Origin: Nemertoderma westbladi
Lineage: Eukaryota; Animalia; Xenacoelomorpha
Reading direction: 5' to 3'
Length of the DNA stretch: 64,000 nt
NCBI GenBank assembly: GCA_032718475.1
Contig: JAUCBJ010007248.1
Location: 52,846-116,845 of the forward strand
Under the pieces are notes generated by a model. The model was not told the origin of the DNA and searched no databases. It saw only the letters and a list, made by a program, of their open reading frames with translations. Both the position numbers and the translations under genes were made by a program. The stretch's first letter is position 1. The number at the start of each line of letters is the position of its first letter. This document shows, one piece after another, positions 1 to 11,703 of this stretch.

Positions 1-1196
1 CTGCAGATTCGCGAATGAGTTGACACCGAAAAATCTTGCCTGTTCACGAATTTAACCCATCGCTGTTTTAAATCCTCATTGCTGGGGAACATAAAGCTTG
101 GCTTCCGAGGCTGACCTTTATACCCGGTTTTACAATTATATATACAGCATTTATTAACCATACTGAGCATTGAATTTACTGACAAAACATATAGGCCTAG
201 CAGTTTAGTCTAGGCTACTGTTGTGCGTTGTATTGGGTATTACTGTATTAGATGCCTACCCAGCAGCCCAGTTACCTCCAGAGCAAATTGCAAATCTCGC
301 TTTCTGAGGCAGGTTGTAGGGTCGAGGTTAGGGTCTGAACTTACAACCTTACAAGAGCGGCGTCCCGATAAACCATAATTAAAATTGTTACCGGTACATA
401 ACCTGTAACCCTAACCTTACATTCCTAAAGCCCGAAGTGGTGCTGAGGCTCTAATCTAATTAGAAGGGCATGACAATATTACTTAGGCCTATGGTTTTGG
501 CATGACCAACTACCGGTAACTAGCTAGGTATTGATACAGACACACACAGCCTAAGACTCTGACAATGGACAATACCGACAGCGGATTATATTACAGTATT
601 ACAGTAGTAACTGCTGACCTGTCTGCCTGTACCGGTAGGCCTACCCTATACCGCATCCAGCATGAGTCAGTCAGACAGACAACAGGTAACAGAATCCAAA
701 TTCTAAAACTAATGGCCTTGATTTTCGAGGCCTGATAAGGTGACCTATCAGGCCGTATAATATAGTAGCCCATGCTACTACCTCCAAAGTGCCAATTTTC
801 CTTAGTCTTATTTTATTTCTCTTATGTTCCCCCCTGAGTAGTAGCCTAAACAACTTCATTGAAACAGCGTCTGCCATAGTCTGCTATGTTAAACACTACC
901 GAATGGCTCCTGCCCCTCCCACTTACTATGGTTACCATTGTGTATATGTGACATACGTTACCACTGTGTATATGTAACATATGCGGTATAAGGGCAGCCC
1001 ACAGACGGAAGTAATTTAATTAATTCATGTCTACTGCTTGGTGTTTGACCTTGAAAAGTAGGTGGGTTGCAGACGTTTGGTAAAGTCTTTAACATGATAG
1101 ACTATGACAGTCGCAACATCTAAAAGGTAAATAAACACTGACTAGCGCCAGCCGACAATACCACAATTCTATACTTATCGCTAAGCAACAAGTTGT

Positions 1197-1345
1197 GGGG
1201 CGAGCCGCGTAGTGAGTATAAGGTTATAGTATTTATAATATTATTTTAATTTGATTATTCTACCTATGGGGCGAGCCATGAAGTGAGTGATAGCATCGAA
1301 GTAAGGTTATTGTATTTATAATATTATTATTTTAATTTGATCATT
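1197..1345. repeat. Short dispersed direct repeats (GGGGCGAGC...AAGGTTATWGTATTTATAATA): two copies here, two more at ~2583-2690
   Basis: GGGGCGAGC occurs at ~1197, ~1268, ~2584 and ~2640, three times followed by the AAGGTTAT-GTATTTATAATA block; the LINE lies between the two pairs. Confidence 0.7.
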
Positions 1346-1354
1346 TACTTAAAT

Positions 1355-2433
1355 CCGTTAAAACTGAAAGTATTTTGTTTGGTTCCAAAAGAAAGTTAAA
1401 GAAGGTAACTAAGTTTGAAGTCACTAGTAATGGACATAAGATTGAAAATAAAAAGGAAGTTAAATATTTAGGCGCCACATTGGATAACTGCTTATCAGGA
1501 GAAAGTACAGTGAAAAATATTTTCTCGAAAGTTAACAGTAGGCTTAGGTTTCTATACAGAAATAAAAATAGTTTGAACACCGACTCCCGCAAGTTACTTT
1601 GCTCTTCTTTAATACAGTGTCACATGGACTATGCGTGCTCTTCTTGGTATGAAGGCTTAACCAAACAGCTTAAATGTAAATTACAAGTAGCTCAGAATAA
1701 AGTAGTACGATTTATTAAAGACTACAAACCTAGGCACCACCTAACTCCAGATGACTTTTCTGAATCTGGACTACTTAACTTAGATAGTAGAGTTAAGCAG
1801 CTACGCCTTAACCATGTGCATAAAGTGTATAATGGTAAATGTCCCAATTACCTAAAACAAAAATTCAACAGAGTACGCGATACACACTCTTACAGTACCA
1901 GAGCTAGTGCTTCAAACTTCTACCTCCCGAATTGTAAATCCTTCGAATCTGATACTTTCTTTTTTAACGGTATTAAAAATTGGAACGCTCTGCCTAATGA
2001 AATTAAAAACCTAAATAATCAACATTCTTTTAAATCTGCAGTTAAATCTCACCTCCATGTGCAATGTAAAAATAGGTACAATAGTCCTACAGTAAGTTAT
2101 TAGTTTATTAATTATTTACAATTTATACTGTAATTACGTTTTATAATAAATTGTTCTGTACATTACATCTTTATCGTTGAGTCGGGCATTGTCACGCTCT
2201 CGGTAAAGTTGTACATGTACATAGTGTAATTACGTTTTATATTGGTTTTAGGTTAGCGTAGTGTAATATTGTATTTGTAACCAAGTAACATAAAGGACCC
2301 CCTTGGAAATAAGCTGCAAAGCTTTAGGGGTAATCCTATATGTTATGTTGGACAATACCTTTATACCGGTACATTGTTTGGTGTATTTGTTATTGTTTTT
2401 ACATAATGTATAAATAAATCTATCTATCTATCT
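1355..2433 (+). mobile_element. 5'-truncated non-LTR retrotransposon, L2/CR1 group
   Basis: C-terminal RT/thumb ORF, 3' UTR with a stem-loop near 2295-2338, AATAAA, and an (ATCT)n tail ending at ~2433; 5' boundary approximate. Confidence 0.8.
1375..2103 (+). CDS. C-terminal part of a LINE ORF2 reverse transcriptase (5'-partial)
   Basis: KTESILFG..., VKYLGATLD, LIQCHMDYACSSW, KLQVAQNKVVR, HSYSTR, GIKNWNALP...FKSAVK motifs typical of L2/CR1 ORF2 C-termini. Confidence 0.85.
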   Translation: MFGSKRKLKKVTKFEVTSNGHKIENKKEVKYLGATLDNCLSGESTVKNIFSKVNSRLRFLYRNKNSLNTDSRKLLCSSLIQCHMDYACSSWYEGLTKQLKCKLQVAQNKVVRFIKDYKPRHHLTPDDFSESGLLNLDSRVKQLRLNHVHKVYNGKCPNYLKQKFNRVRDTHSYSTRASASNFYLPNCKSFESDTFFFNGIKNWNALPNEIKNLNNQHSFKSAVKSHLHVQCKNRYNSPTVSY

Positions 2434-2861
2434 ATGTTACCGCTTTATTTAAAAATTTCTCCCACCACCTCATCCGCTTATCCCGCTATCACCATCCACC
2501 CAATCTTCTTCCTCATGCTCAGCATCATTACCACCACCACCATAACCCAACATCTCCATCATTCCTTCCAACATTGTAAAAATGGGGCGAGCCATGAAGC
2601 GAGTGAAGCCTTAGCATATGGGTGCCATTAATGAGTTGTGGGGCGAGCTACGACGAAGTAAGGTTATTGTATTTATAATATGATCATTATACCAACAAAT
2701 ATTTCAACCGATAATTCATTATACCAACAAATAATTTAACAAATTTATAATTTTCTACCATAAAATAATAATAATTTTTTAACCATGTCTGACTCGTTAC
2801 AGCGACACCACCTACGAAAGCGACCTATTTATAATAATAAAGTTTCTACCGCTCAAAAGAT

Positions 2862-3122
2862 TCACACTGAATGTTTAATCTTCTTTATTTGAGGTACGTC
2901 TTCATCATCCACGATGTCCTCTTCAAAGTCACTGATATCTTCATACTCATAGCTAGGTGTTTTATTCACGACAAGATCAATTTTTCGCTTAAGCACTTGT
3001 TCTTTCATGGCTTGAGGTGTTTTCATCTGAGCACTTGCATCCCCAACGAGGGTATCAATATCCTTATAATCATTCTTTTTTTCAGCGCCACCTCCAAGCT
3101 CACTTTCCGCAATCGTTGGCAA
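2862..3122 (-). CDS. Small acidic hypothetical protein of the Polinton-like segment
   Basis: 86-aa ORF directly downstream of and co-oriented with 3159-4175; no motif recognised. Confidence 0.35.
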   Translation of the reverse strand: MPTIAESELGGGAEKKNDYKDIDTLVGDASAQMKTPQAMKEQVLKRKIDLVVNKTPSYEYEDISDFEEDIVDDEDVPQIKKIKHSV

Positions 3123-3158
3123 CCAGATTTTTTTCTCACCTATTTTCTTAGCGGTGAC

Positions 3159-4175
3159 TTATACTGCCTCGGACGTCTGCAGCTGTCTAGCGTTGTTCAG
3201 CATTTCCACTTTCATGAGTTCCTCGTCCGCTAATTCATCAATCGCAGCCTCAACAACTAACTTTTTAATCGGTAGAAAGTCACACCTAGTCGGAATATCG
3301 TGGCCCGCATACTTCTGTAATTCCTTAATTATCTTGACATCTGCGTTGTTTCGAGGGATGAAAATAACCTTGGTGTCGAAGTTGTGGGACAAATATATCC
3401 GTTTTCCGTTAACGATCGATGTGTACCTTATACTAACCTCGTCGATATTCTCCTTAACATTCTTATCTATGTTAAAGTCGAGCAAACAGAATTCATCCGC
3501 TCTGAGATTCAACCCATCGTAATATAGAACACCCTTCCGCTGTCTACCTATATCATCCGCTTCCCAAACGCCGACAAATCGTTGCCCTTCAAAGTCGTAG
3601 ATATATCCAATGTACCCACAATCTTCGAACTCCATAAAATTCTCATCGTGAATTTCCTTCTGTTTTGGTTCAATACGGGAAAGAACGACTTTGCCGTAGA
3701 TGCTTTGTAAGACATCTAGAATTCTTCGAGAGATAAAGATTGATGCGCCGTTTTTCCCAATGCGTAAGTACGCGTGATTTATGGGTGTTATATACAAATT
3801 ACCTCTGGTATATTCCTTATAATATTCAATAGCTATTTTCTTATAATTGAGGAAGTCAAATAGGAATCTTATGTTCTGGTAAGTAAGACTTACCGATTCT
3901 TGCACGATGTTGCGGCCTTTGTTGGCATCACCCCAACGATTGAATCGAACGTATTTCCCATTAAATGCTTTTATTTCCATTCCTTCCTCCAAACACTCGA
4001 GACTCCACAAACTCTTACCCATAGCCACTGTTACGTATGGGGTGGGTACACTGCTAGTAGAGCTACTGCTTAATGGCATCATTTTTGGTTGTGGCGGTTT
4101 CACAGATTCCATCGACAAACTTTGTGAAATATTAAGTGTAAAAATAATCAATAATATTGCGCTAAAACAATGCAC
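3159..4175 (-). CDS. Hypothetical protein with two PC4-like (ssDNA-binding) repeats
   Basis: Intact 338-aa ORF; IKAFNGKYVRFNRW...SVSLTYQNIRFL and IYDFEGQRFVGVWE...GLNLRADEFCLL resemble the PC4 pattern VxxFxGxxxxDIRE...GIxLxxEQWxxL. Confidence 0.5.
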   Translation of the reverse strand: MHCFSAILLIIFTLNISQSLSMESVKPPQPKMMPLSSSSTSSVPTPYVTVAMGKSLWSLECLEEGMEIKAFNGKYVRFNRWGDANKGRNIVQESVSLTYQNIRFLFDFLNYKKIAIEYYKEYTRGNLYITPINHAYLRIGKNGASIFISRRILDVLQSIYGKVVLSRIEPKQKEIHDENFMEFEDCGYIGYIYDFEGQRFVGVWEADDIGRQRKGVLYYDGLNLRADEFCLLDFNIDKNVKENIDEVSIRYTSIVNGKRIYLSHNFDTKVIFIPRNNADVKIIKELQKYAGHDIPTRCDFLPIKKLVVEAAIDELADEELMKVEMLNNARQLQTSEAV

Positions 4176-4318
4176 GAAAAAATATGAAATAATGAATTAA
4201 CCCGAATGATGAAATAAAGTATTTTACGACGTATTTATAATATAATGATGGGCTATCGGGATAATGGGTATATTTTAACCACTCAACCGGTTTAATCGGT
4301 ATTGTCCTGAGAGAATTT

Positions 4319-4918
4319 TTGGGGCAGCTTGAGTCTATAGATAAGATCATTTTTTCGAATATATTATTCATTATTTCATTTCTTTTCGGAATTTTTTTAG
4401 GTAAAATACACCGTAATAAAAAAATGTTTCCAATAACACAACCTGAAAATAGTCACTGTGGGCCTAATTCAATTATTCCAATAAAAATTGAATTGTTAAC
4501 CCCGAAAGCTCGAGTGCCTGTATGTGGATCATATAGTCCAGCTGGGATTGACATATATAGCGCTGTGAATAGAACAATAGAGCCACGCTCGCGAATTTTA
4601 ATTGAGACCGGCGTTAAAATATATGTAGCCACCAATTATTTTGGAAGAATTACACCGACTTTTACCTTAGCAAAAATTGAAATCGATGTTGTCGAATGCA
4701 TACTGGATTCGAGCGTTGCACGCAGTAATATAGATCAACTTGTAATTATATTGATTAACAACACATCTAAGGAATACGTTGTAACATCGGGCGATAAAAT
4801 ATGCCAGCTTATATGCCAACAATGTAATGCGGCAATACTCTACGTTTCTAATATTTATTCGGATGATTATTTCGGGCTTTTACCGACGAATTTAACAACC
4901 GTATGGGGAAGAGATTAA
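4319..4918 (+). CDS. dUTPase-like protein with degenerate catalytic motifs (likely start at MFPITQ)
   Basis: AGIDIYS (motif 1), IEPRSRILIETG, GRITP (motif 2 altered), GDKICQLI (motif 4); motif 3 altered and motif 5 absent. Confidence 0.8.
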   Translation: MGQLESIDKIIFSNILFIISFLFGIFLGKIHRNKKMFPITQPENSHCGPNSIIPIKIELLTPKARVPVCGSYSPAGIDIYSAVNRTIEPRSRILIETGVKIYVATNYFGRITPTFTLAKIEIDVVECILDSSVARSNIDQLVIILINNTSKEYVVTSGDKICQLICQQCNAAILYVSNIYSDDYFGLLPTNLTTVWGRD

Positions 4919-5272
4919 TTCGGCATTTCACCGTACATATTAATAAATATGCGGCATTAAACGCATAACACCAAACTCGGTTGGTGACACATGTCAATAC
5001 TATTTCGGTACTCTTACACGTTTTTATAAAGCCTAGTTAATAGAACATATAAATAGGATAATTTGTCAGTTCAGTAAATTTTGGTTGGTTAAATGGTTTC
5101 TAGTGTAGGGTGGCTGGCTGGGTATTGGATATGTTTATCTACATATAATCTACAGCATATCTTTCATTGGTATAATATTATTAATTATGGATTAAATTTT
5201 AAGCATAAAGCAATATTGTAAATATGTTTCTGTAGCTACGTTAATAAATATATTATAATTGTAATAATTGTA

Positions 5273-7943
5273 ATGGCGGAGATTACTTACGTTTTTTGCG
5301 GTTGAAATATACTGAAGAAAAATTATTTACAGCATTTACGCACACATTTCGATGGGTACGTTTGTGATAATTATAATTGCCGAACTACTTCCAAAAGAAT
5401 AGCAATATTTCACAGTAAAAGATGTTGCGGGTTGTCTCGCCCGAATTATACCTAAAGCAGTTATACGCTATCCTGCCCAACATGCTCCGAAGATTTCGAA
5501 AATTTCGATTCATATATCGAACATAATTGCCATCGAAACCATTACAATTCTCGCAAACGCAAACATAATCAAAAACAATCAGAACCGACATTTCAACCGG
5601 ATCTCAACGTTGGTTCGCCTGTAAGCATTACAAACAGCTCAGATACACCCAACGAAGGTTTTCATCTCTCGAAAACATGTCACGAATCCCGCGTTCAGGA
5701 ATATACCCATAATGTGCCATCTAATGAGATGTATCCAGATGTACCGAATTATTTAAATTATATGGGGATATATGCTTCACGTGCTTTTAACTTGACTGCG
5801 TCAACTTTTATTGATATGTTTTATAAAGTGTGGGTGATTGCTTCGGTGATAATGGAGCGCGATGACGCTAATTATACATTACAGGATGAATTCCATTTTA
5901 CTTCGATCGGTACAGATAATTATATTGAAAATAGCCCGGATTTTGATGCGTGGTACTCCACAGTCATTTCCCATATTTGCGAAAAAATATCGCGATTTAT
6001 TAGACGGGGTAGCGGTTGGAAACTTATAACTGTATCGTGCATTAAACTTTCTATTGCGTCATACTTGCGATCGGTATATCGTTTTGGACATAGTGGTGAT
6101 GCCAACCAATCAATCCCAACAAAATTAAAAAATAAACATTGTATAATAAATGTGCCGTGTAATGGAGGTGAATGTTTTAAGTGGGCGGTCCTGACAGCAA
6201 AATTTTCTAAACAATATCAGATGATCACACACTGCGCCATGTTTCACGCCAAAGTTCTTATAATCAGTATTTAGGGTTTTTTTAATTTAAGCGAATTAGA
6301 TTCTACCCTATCATGGAAACTAAATATTCTAAAATTTGAAAAAAATAATCCAAATTATTTAATAAATTTATTGTATTTCGATAGAAGTAGCGAGAAAATT
6401 TCCTTTCTACGACAACCGAGCGCTAAAAAAGCTGAAGGTAAAAGACTGCTAAATTTATTGCTTATTGAACGCCAAAATTTAACCTCGACAAATCACATCA
6501 TCGGTGTTTCCAACTTAAATAGATTATTTAACGGTCGTGGGGAAGGCAATAGCGACACTCATTGTCTTCGTTGTGAGCGATGTATTCGTGGTTTCTACAG
6601 TCCAAATGCGTTAGAACGCCAAGGTGTTGGCAAGGCGGGCGCCAAATAGAGGAGATGCCATCTAAACTGAATTTACGGTTTACTAATTACTATAAGTCTG
6701 TGAGTACACCTTTTATAGTATATGGGGATTTCGAAGTGGTGCTAGCCCCAGCAAATAATATAAAAAAATATTATATAGCCGAACATCTCCCATCGGCGGC
6801 TTCATATTTGATTGTCCCTAATAGCGAGTTAATTAACCCGCCAAATTTATTTTTGTCTACATTTAGACAAAATATTGATAATAACTCGGTACAGAATTTT
6901 ATCGATAGTCTGGTTTTCGATTTATTTAAGTGCCATGAATGGTCTACCTTTAACACACACCACCCCAAACACCTGGATCAGACACAACACCAAGCTTACA
7001 TACATGCTACGAATTGCTTTAATTGTAAATCATTTTTTCGGGAAGATATAAATCCAAGTGTAATGCATCACAACCATTACAACGGAGCTTGTGTACGTGT
7101 ATTTCCTGTAATAAACAATTAAGTGTTAAACGTCACCTATTCCCAGTTGTCTTACATAATTTTTATTTTTATGATTCACATTTAATTTTACAAAAAGGGT
7201 TCGCCGATAATAAATATAAAAACTGGGACATTAAAACCATCGCGAAAAATACTGAAAGGTATATCTCACTCCGCATCGATATTCCAATGTCAGAAGCACG
7301 GAAATGGACGTAAGAGGGCTCCCAACCAGCAAATCGATAACTATACGTTTATTGATTCATTCGCGTTTATGGGGTTTTCCCTTTCTGCTTTGGCTGGGTT
7401 TTTGATGAAAGATGTGGTAGATTTAACAACCGTTATCCCACACACCGTGAAGCAAATGAGAAAATTATATCCAAATATAACCGACGAAATTTTACGACGT
7501 AAGTCAGTTTTTCCTTATGAATATGTCGATTCATTAAATAAATTGGGGGATACTAAATTACCGCATCTGAAAGAGTTTTACAGCGAATTAACATTAACAT
7601 CTATTAGCCCTGAAGAATATACATTTGCTCATCTTTCGTGGGAACAATTTGGATGTGAGACACTTTTTGATTATTTGGAAGCTTACTTACATCTTGACGT
7701 GTTGCTACTGGCCGATATTTTTGAAAATGTTCGTGCTTATTGTACTAAACATTATTCGCTCGAGGTCTCGAACTACTATACGATGGCGGGGGTCAGTTGG
7801 GACGCAGCCTTGAGATATTCCAAGTCACATATTCGTCTACTCGCAGACCATGAAATGTATTTAACATTCGAAAATTCCATTAGGGGCGGAATTTCTTACA
7901 CCAACCTTCATATCGCAAATTCGAATATACCGGACACAGAAAC
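5273..7943 (+). pseudogene. Protein-primed DNA polymerase B, N-terminal part (frameshifted)
   Basis: Fragments 5714-6274 (RGSGW, CIINV..CFKWAVL), 6580-7122 (YGDFE; CxxC..HNH endonuclease VII-like), 7089-7313 (HNF..YDSHLI), 7369-7943 (FIDS, RKSVFPYEY, YLHLDVLLLADIFE, IRGG). Confidence 0.9.
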
Positions 7944-8526
7944 TGTGACGGGATCTGTGGAGGATCCCGGTTTATCCGGTTTTTGGTTTCTAGTCTACGC
8001 GTCCCCACCGTGTGTGAAAGATATAAAGAGTTCTGGGTTATTGATCGATCGATGTATATAAGTTCGGGATATAATATAATAGAGATAATAGCACAAAATG
8101 GTTGATGTATGATGTAATGTACCGGTAGGTGATATCTACTGGTGACGGTAGGCGGAGACGGTAACTAGAGTTCCACTACTGTCCTAACTAGCTGACTTAC
8201 TACAAGTGAATGAAATATTGCATGGACCGGTAATATATTGCACTGTTGGATAATATTGCTCTACCCAGTCGATGCTTCCCCCCTATTGGCTAATATCCTA
8301 ATTGTCGCCCCTTCACCTTCCCTGGAGTGTTTCCCGTTGCTCCTGTTATTCTCTCTCTCTCTCAGGGGTGTAACCCCTGACCCCTTTGTGCGTATGTCCT
8401 CTGGGGTTTCCTTGTCCCCACTTTATTGGGGTGGTACGAGGTTGATATTGGATATCGACCTCGTGTTCCTAATATTGCTTAAAGCTTACTTTATGGGGCT
8501 GGTTAGCGGAATTGAATACGCTAACA
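7944..8526 (-). repeat. BEL-1 3' LTR (583 bp)
   Basis: Direct repeat of 20168-20749 with about ten differences; TGT...ACA termini. Confidence 0.95.
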
Positions 8527-8535
8527 CTCCCCCCC
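8527..8535 (-). promoter_or_regulatory. BEL-1 polypurine tract
   Basis: GGGGGGGAG on the minus strand abutting the 3' LTR. Confidence 0.85.
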
Positions 8536-9298
8536 ATGCTATCTTCCCGGTAAGAAGATAGCATCCACCTCTAGTGCGCTACAATTCAAATGGATCTCGA
8601 CCTAGTATCGAGTGTGGGGTGGAACTATTTTTTCAGAGCCGGTTTTCCAGACCACCCCCTATGGGTATGATATCGCTACCCTGTCTACCTAGCGTCCCAT
8701 GTCGGGCCGATCATGCGCTCCTCTCACACGACTTTTGTTTCCCCAACACTTTCGCCACTCTAACTCCACTCTATTCTCACCCTGACTCTCGCTACTTCTC
8801 CTCACCTCTGCTCTAACTTTCGGACTTCCCTGTCCCTCACTCGCCCTCTTGTTCCCCCCCCCCCCCCCCCACACTTGAATCGCACTCGCACTCTCTCCAC
8901 ACTTCGCACTATCGCTCCATCGCTCGACCCCTCTTTGGCTAACTCACTCATCTCTGATGAGTCCCATCCCCCTCTCCTGTGCCGTCGCACTCAGGAAATG
9001 TGAAGTCGTCTAGTGTCTCGTTCGTCATAGTCAGTCATCCCCCGGTCCAGTAGCTAATTGGAAAAAGGTTGAGTGACTATAGTACTTACTTCGATTATAT
9101 TTCGCTAAACTAATAATGATTACTACGTACGTACCTACTAATTGCACTTTTCAATTATTTAAATTACTTAAATTTATACTTAGGAGTTCGCACATCTCGC
9201 GTGGTGCCTTCCAGGCATATTACTCCGAAGTCCTAGTTCGTTCCACCATCCTTTGGGAACCACCTCAAGTCTTTCCCTTTGTTGTCCCCCTCCCTGGG

Positions 9299-10237
9299 TC
9301 ATTTCCTGGTCACTGCCGCTCCTCTGGTCTTGTCTGCTTTCTGGCTTCTGACTCTCGCCGCCACCTCCTTACTGATCCCAGTCGTCGACTCCTTGGGTGC
9401 CGGTGTTATTAGCTCCCGGTATCGCTTCGCGGGTGGCCCCTCCGAGTGGTCCTGTTGTCTCCCCCTGATGGCGTCCCATAGGATCATCTTCATTGCCCGC
9501 GGCACATGCTCTGCCAAGAAATCCCTAAACTCTCCTCTACTCTGTGGCGTCCACCTATCCAAATACCTCTGCATATTTTATCACTCCGGCATATGATGCC
9601 GCGTTGCCACTTCCTGGTAGGTAAACGGAAGCCTCCGTTTGATAATCTCCATGTGAGCCTCCTGATTGATGTTAAAGAAGCCCCACCGGAACTCCTGGGC
9701 CTAAATATGTTGCCGAGTCATCGCCCCGACGTTGGCCCATTCCTCGAAGACCCTAAACTTCTCTTCGTCGTCCATCCAGTCGCACTGGCGTCCGTAATGT
9801 CCCCGAAAGTTACACTTTGAACATCGGTTATGCAACCATGGACACGCCCCCATCCTGTGGCTCGACTCGCGGCAATAGAGACAACTAGTCCCTTTCTGGA
9901 ACCGGTATAAACAGCTCCTTTCCTGATGGGTCTGTCTCCCACAGTAATCACAGCTGACCACCAATGTCTCCCGCCCCACATCGTCTTTCGTCCCAAGCGA
10001 TCTCCACGGTCTGTGGAGTCGCTGGTAAGCGAACTTCCGGACGTTAGCGTCCCTATCTACGTCGATCTCCTCGCCCCTCTCGGGCATCGTCTCCCCGAAT
10101 ACTACCCGTGGTGCCGTCCCCGGTTGCTCGCCCAACCTAATGGTGCTCCCCGCGAAATCCATCGCCGGCTCCTCGTGCACCCAGGCCCGCTTGCCGGGTC
10201 TATCCCAGAAAGCCCTTGCCCCACTGGCCGTCACCAC
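9299..10237 (-). pseudogene. BEL-1 accessory ORF with three CCHC-type zinc knuckles, interrupted by in-frame stops
   Basis: CDYCGRQTHQERSC, CLYCRESSHRMGAC, CSKCNFRGHYGRQC; ORFs 9701-10237 and 9299-9574 share a frame, separated by three stops. Confidence 0.7.
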
Positions 10238-11208
10238 CTAGGCTCCCCTAACCTCCTTAGCGGCTGGTCCCCCTCGGCGCCCGCTGGTATGGGCGTCGCC
10301 TGCAATCCCGACGTCGACTGTTTCGGTGACCCCACCGTCCATCCCAGTTCTCGCCCTAGAGACTCCCCCGAACTCCCTGATGAAGTCCAACGAAGTTCAT
10401 CCAAGCCCGCCTGTTCCTCGAAGCCGTAGCTCTGTGCCCTAGCTTCCTCCTCCCTTTCTTCTGCTTCTCTCCTCTCCCGTCTGGCGACTTCTTCCAGCCG
10501 CTTCGCCTCTCGCCTATCCGTCTCTAGCTGCTCCCATCTCTGACACGGCGTATCCACCTCCCTGTCTACCAGATGTCGGCTGTTATAGTACACCGACTCG
10601 CCCTTCAGCCCCGGGTGGTCTACCAGACCCCCGAAAGCCGTCTTAAAGGCTCTTCTGTAGCTTAGGGGTGATCCCGATAATAGGAATGCCGTTGGTTCCC
10701 TCTCGATAATCACGGTCATGAATAGGTTAAGCAAACCTATCATTATCCAGTCCTCCTGTAGGATATATCGCTTCTGATATACCTTTATAGCTCCTCTCTG
10801 GAATTGATACACCTCTTGTCTCCCTGGCCTCGCTCCCCACTTCAGCGAGTTCGCCAAGTCTGCTCTGTACTCCTCTCTGAACTTGCCCCAGTCCATCGGT
10901 TTGTGACACACGAGCCACATTAACTGGCCCATCGCCACTGCCCCGCAATGTCCTGTGTTCTCTACTAGTCCCAATCCGTCCGGCGCTGTCATAGCCATGT
11001 AGACCGTCTGCGTATCCAGAAGGTTGGGGGTGTCCGGACCGATGATCCTCTCCGCGTCGTCGCAAATCACCGATCCCACTTTCGTCGTCGACTTCTCTCT
11101 CACTAGTGCTTGCACCGCCTTTGGCAGCCGGTTTAACTTCGGCCCATCCTTCTTTCCATACGTTCCTAGATCGGTACTGCGTACCCTCTTACTAACCTCT
11201 AACTCCAC
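10231..11208 (-). CDS. BEL-1 accessory ORF of unknown function with a C-terminal charged coiled coil
   Basis: 325-aa ORF downstream of integrase, overlapping the zinc-knuckle ORF by 7 nt; no obvious signal peptide or env-like C-terminal anchor. Confidence 0.65.
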   Translation of the reverse strand: MELEVSKRVRSTDLGTYGKKDGPKLNRLPKAVQALVREKSTTKVGSVICDDAERIIGPDTPNLLDTQTVYMAMTAPDGLGLVENTGHCGAVAMGQLMWLVCHKPMDWGKFREEYRADLANSLKWGARPGRQEVYQFQRGAIKVYQKRYILQEDWIMIGLLNLFMTVIIEREPTAFLLSGSPLSYRRAFKTAFGGLVDHPGLKGESVYYNSRHLVDREVDTPCQRWEQLETDRREAKRLEEVARRERREAEEREEEARAQSYGFEEQAGLDELRWTSSGSSGESLGRELGWTVGSPKQSTSGLQATPIPAGAEGDQPLRRLGEPRW

Positions 11209-11560
11209 TAACTAACTAATTGGTACTACGTACCCTCTTACTAACCTCTAACTCCATTAACTAACTAATCGGTACTACGTACCCTCTTACTAACCTCTAA
11301 CTCCATTAACTAACTAATGGTACTACGTACCCTCTTACTAACCTCTAACTCCATTAACTAACTAACGGTACTACGTACCCTCTTACCAACCTCTAACTTC
11401 TCTCCAACTAACTAACGGTACTACGTACCCTGTTACTAAACTCCAACTTCTGCCTACTGACGGTACTACGTACCCTCTTACTAACTAACTTCTGCCTACT
11501 GACGGTACTACGTACCCTCTTACTAACTTACTTCTGCCTACTGACGGCACTACGTACCTA
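11172..11560. repeat. Tandem minisatellite, ~41-49 bp unit, about 9 copies
   Basis: GGTACTACGTACCCTCTTACTAACCTCTAACTCC... at 11173, 11222, 11271, 11319, 11367 and onward. Confidence 0.9.
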
Positions 11561-11703
11561 TTATGTACTTATTCTAAGACTTTCTCTTCTTATTATTTTT
11601 ATTTTATTTTTATATTTATTATGTGGGAAGGGCGTCTCGCCCTCAATCCCACCCCCCTCAGTCCAAAACTTGGACGACTAAACTCCACTAAAATCACACT
11701 AGT

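Noticed and set aside
8954-9010. CTGATGAG as a hammerhead core in BEL-1
   Set aside because: No stem II closing onto GAAA and no stems I/III
11172-11560. CRISPR-like appearance of the regularly spaced repeats here and in MITE-A
   Set aside because: No unique spacers, units are homologous along their length, no cas genes, eukaryotic TE context
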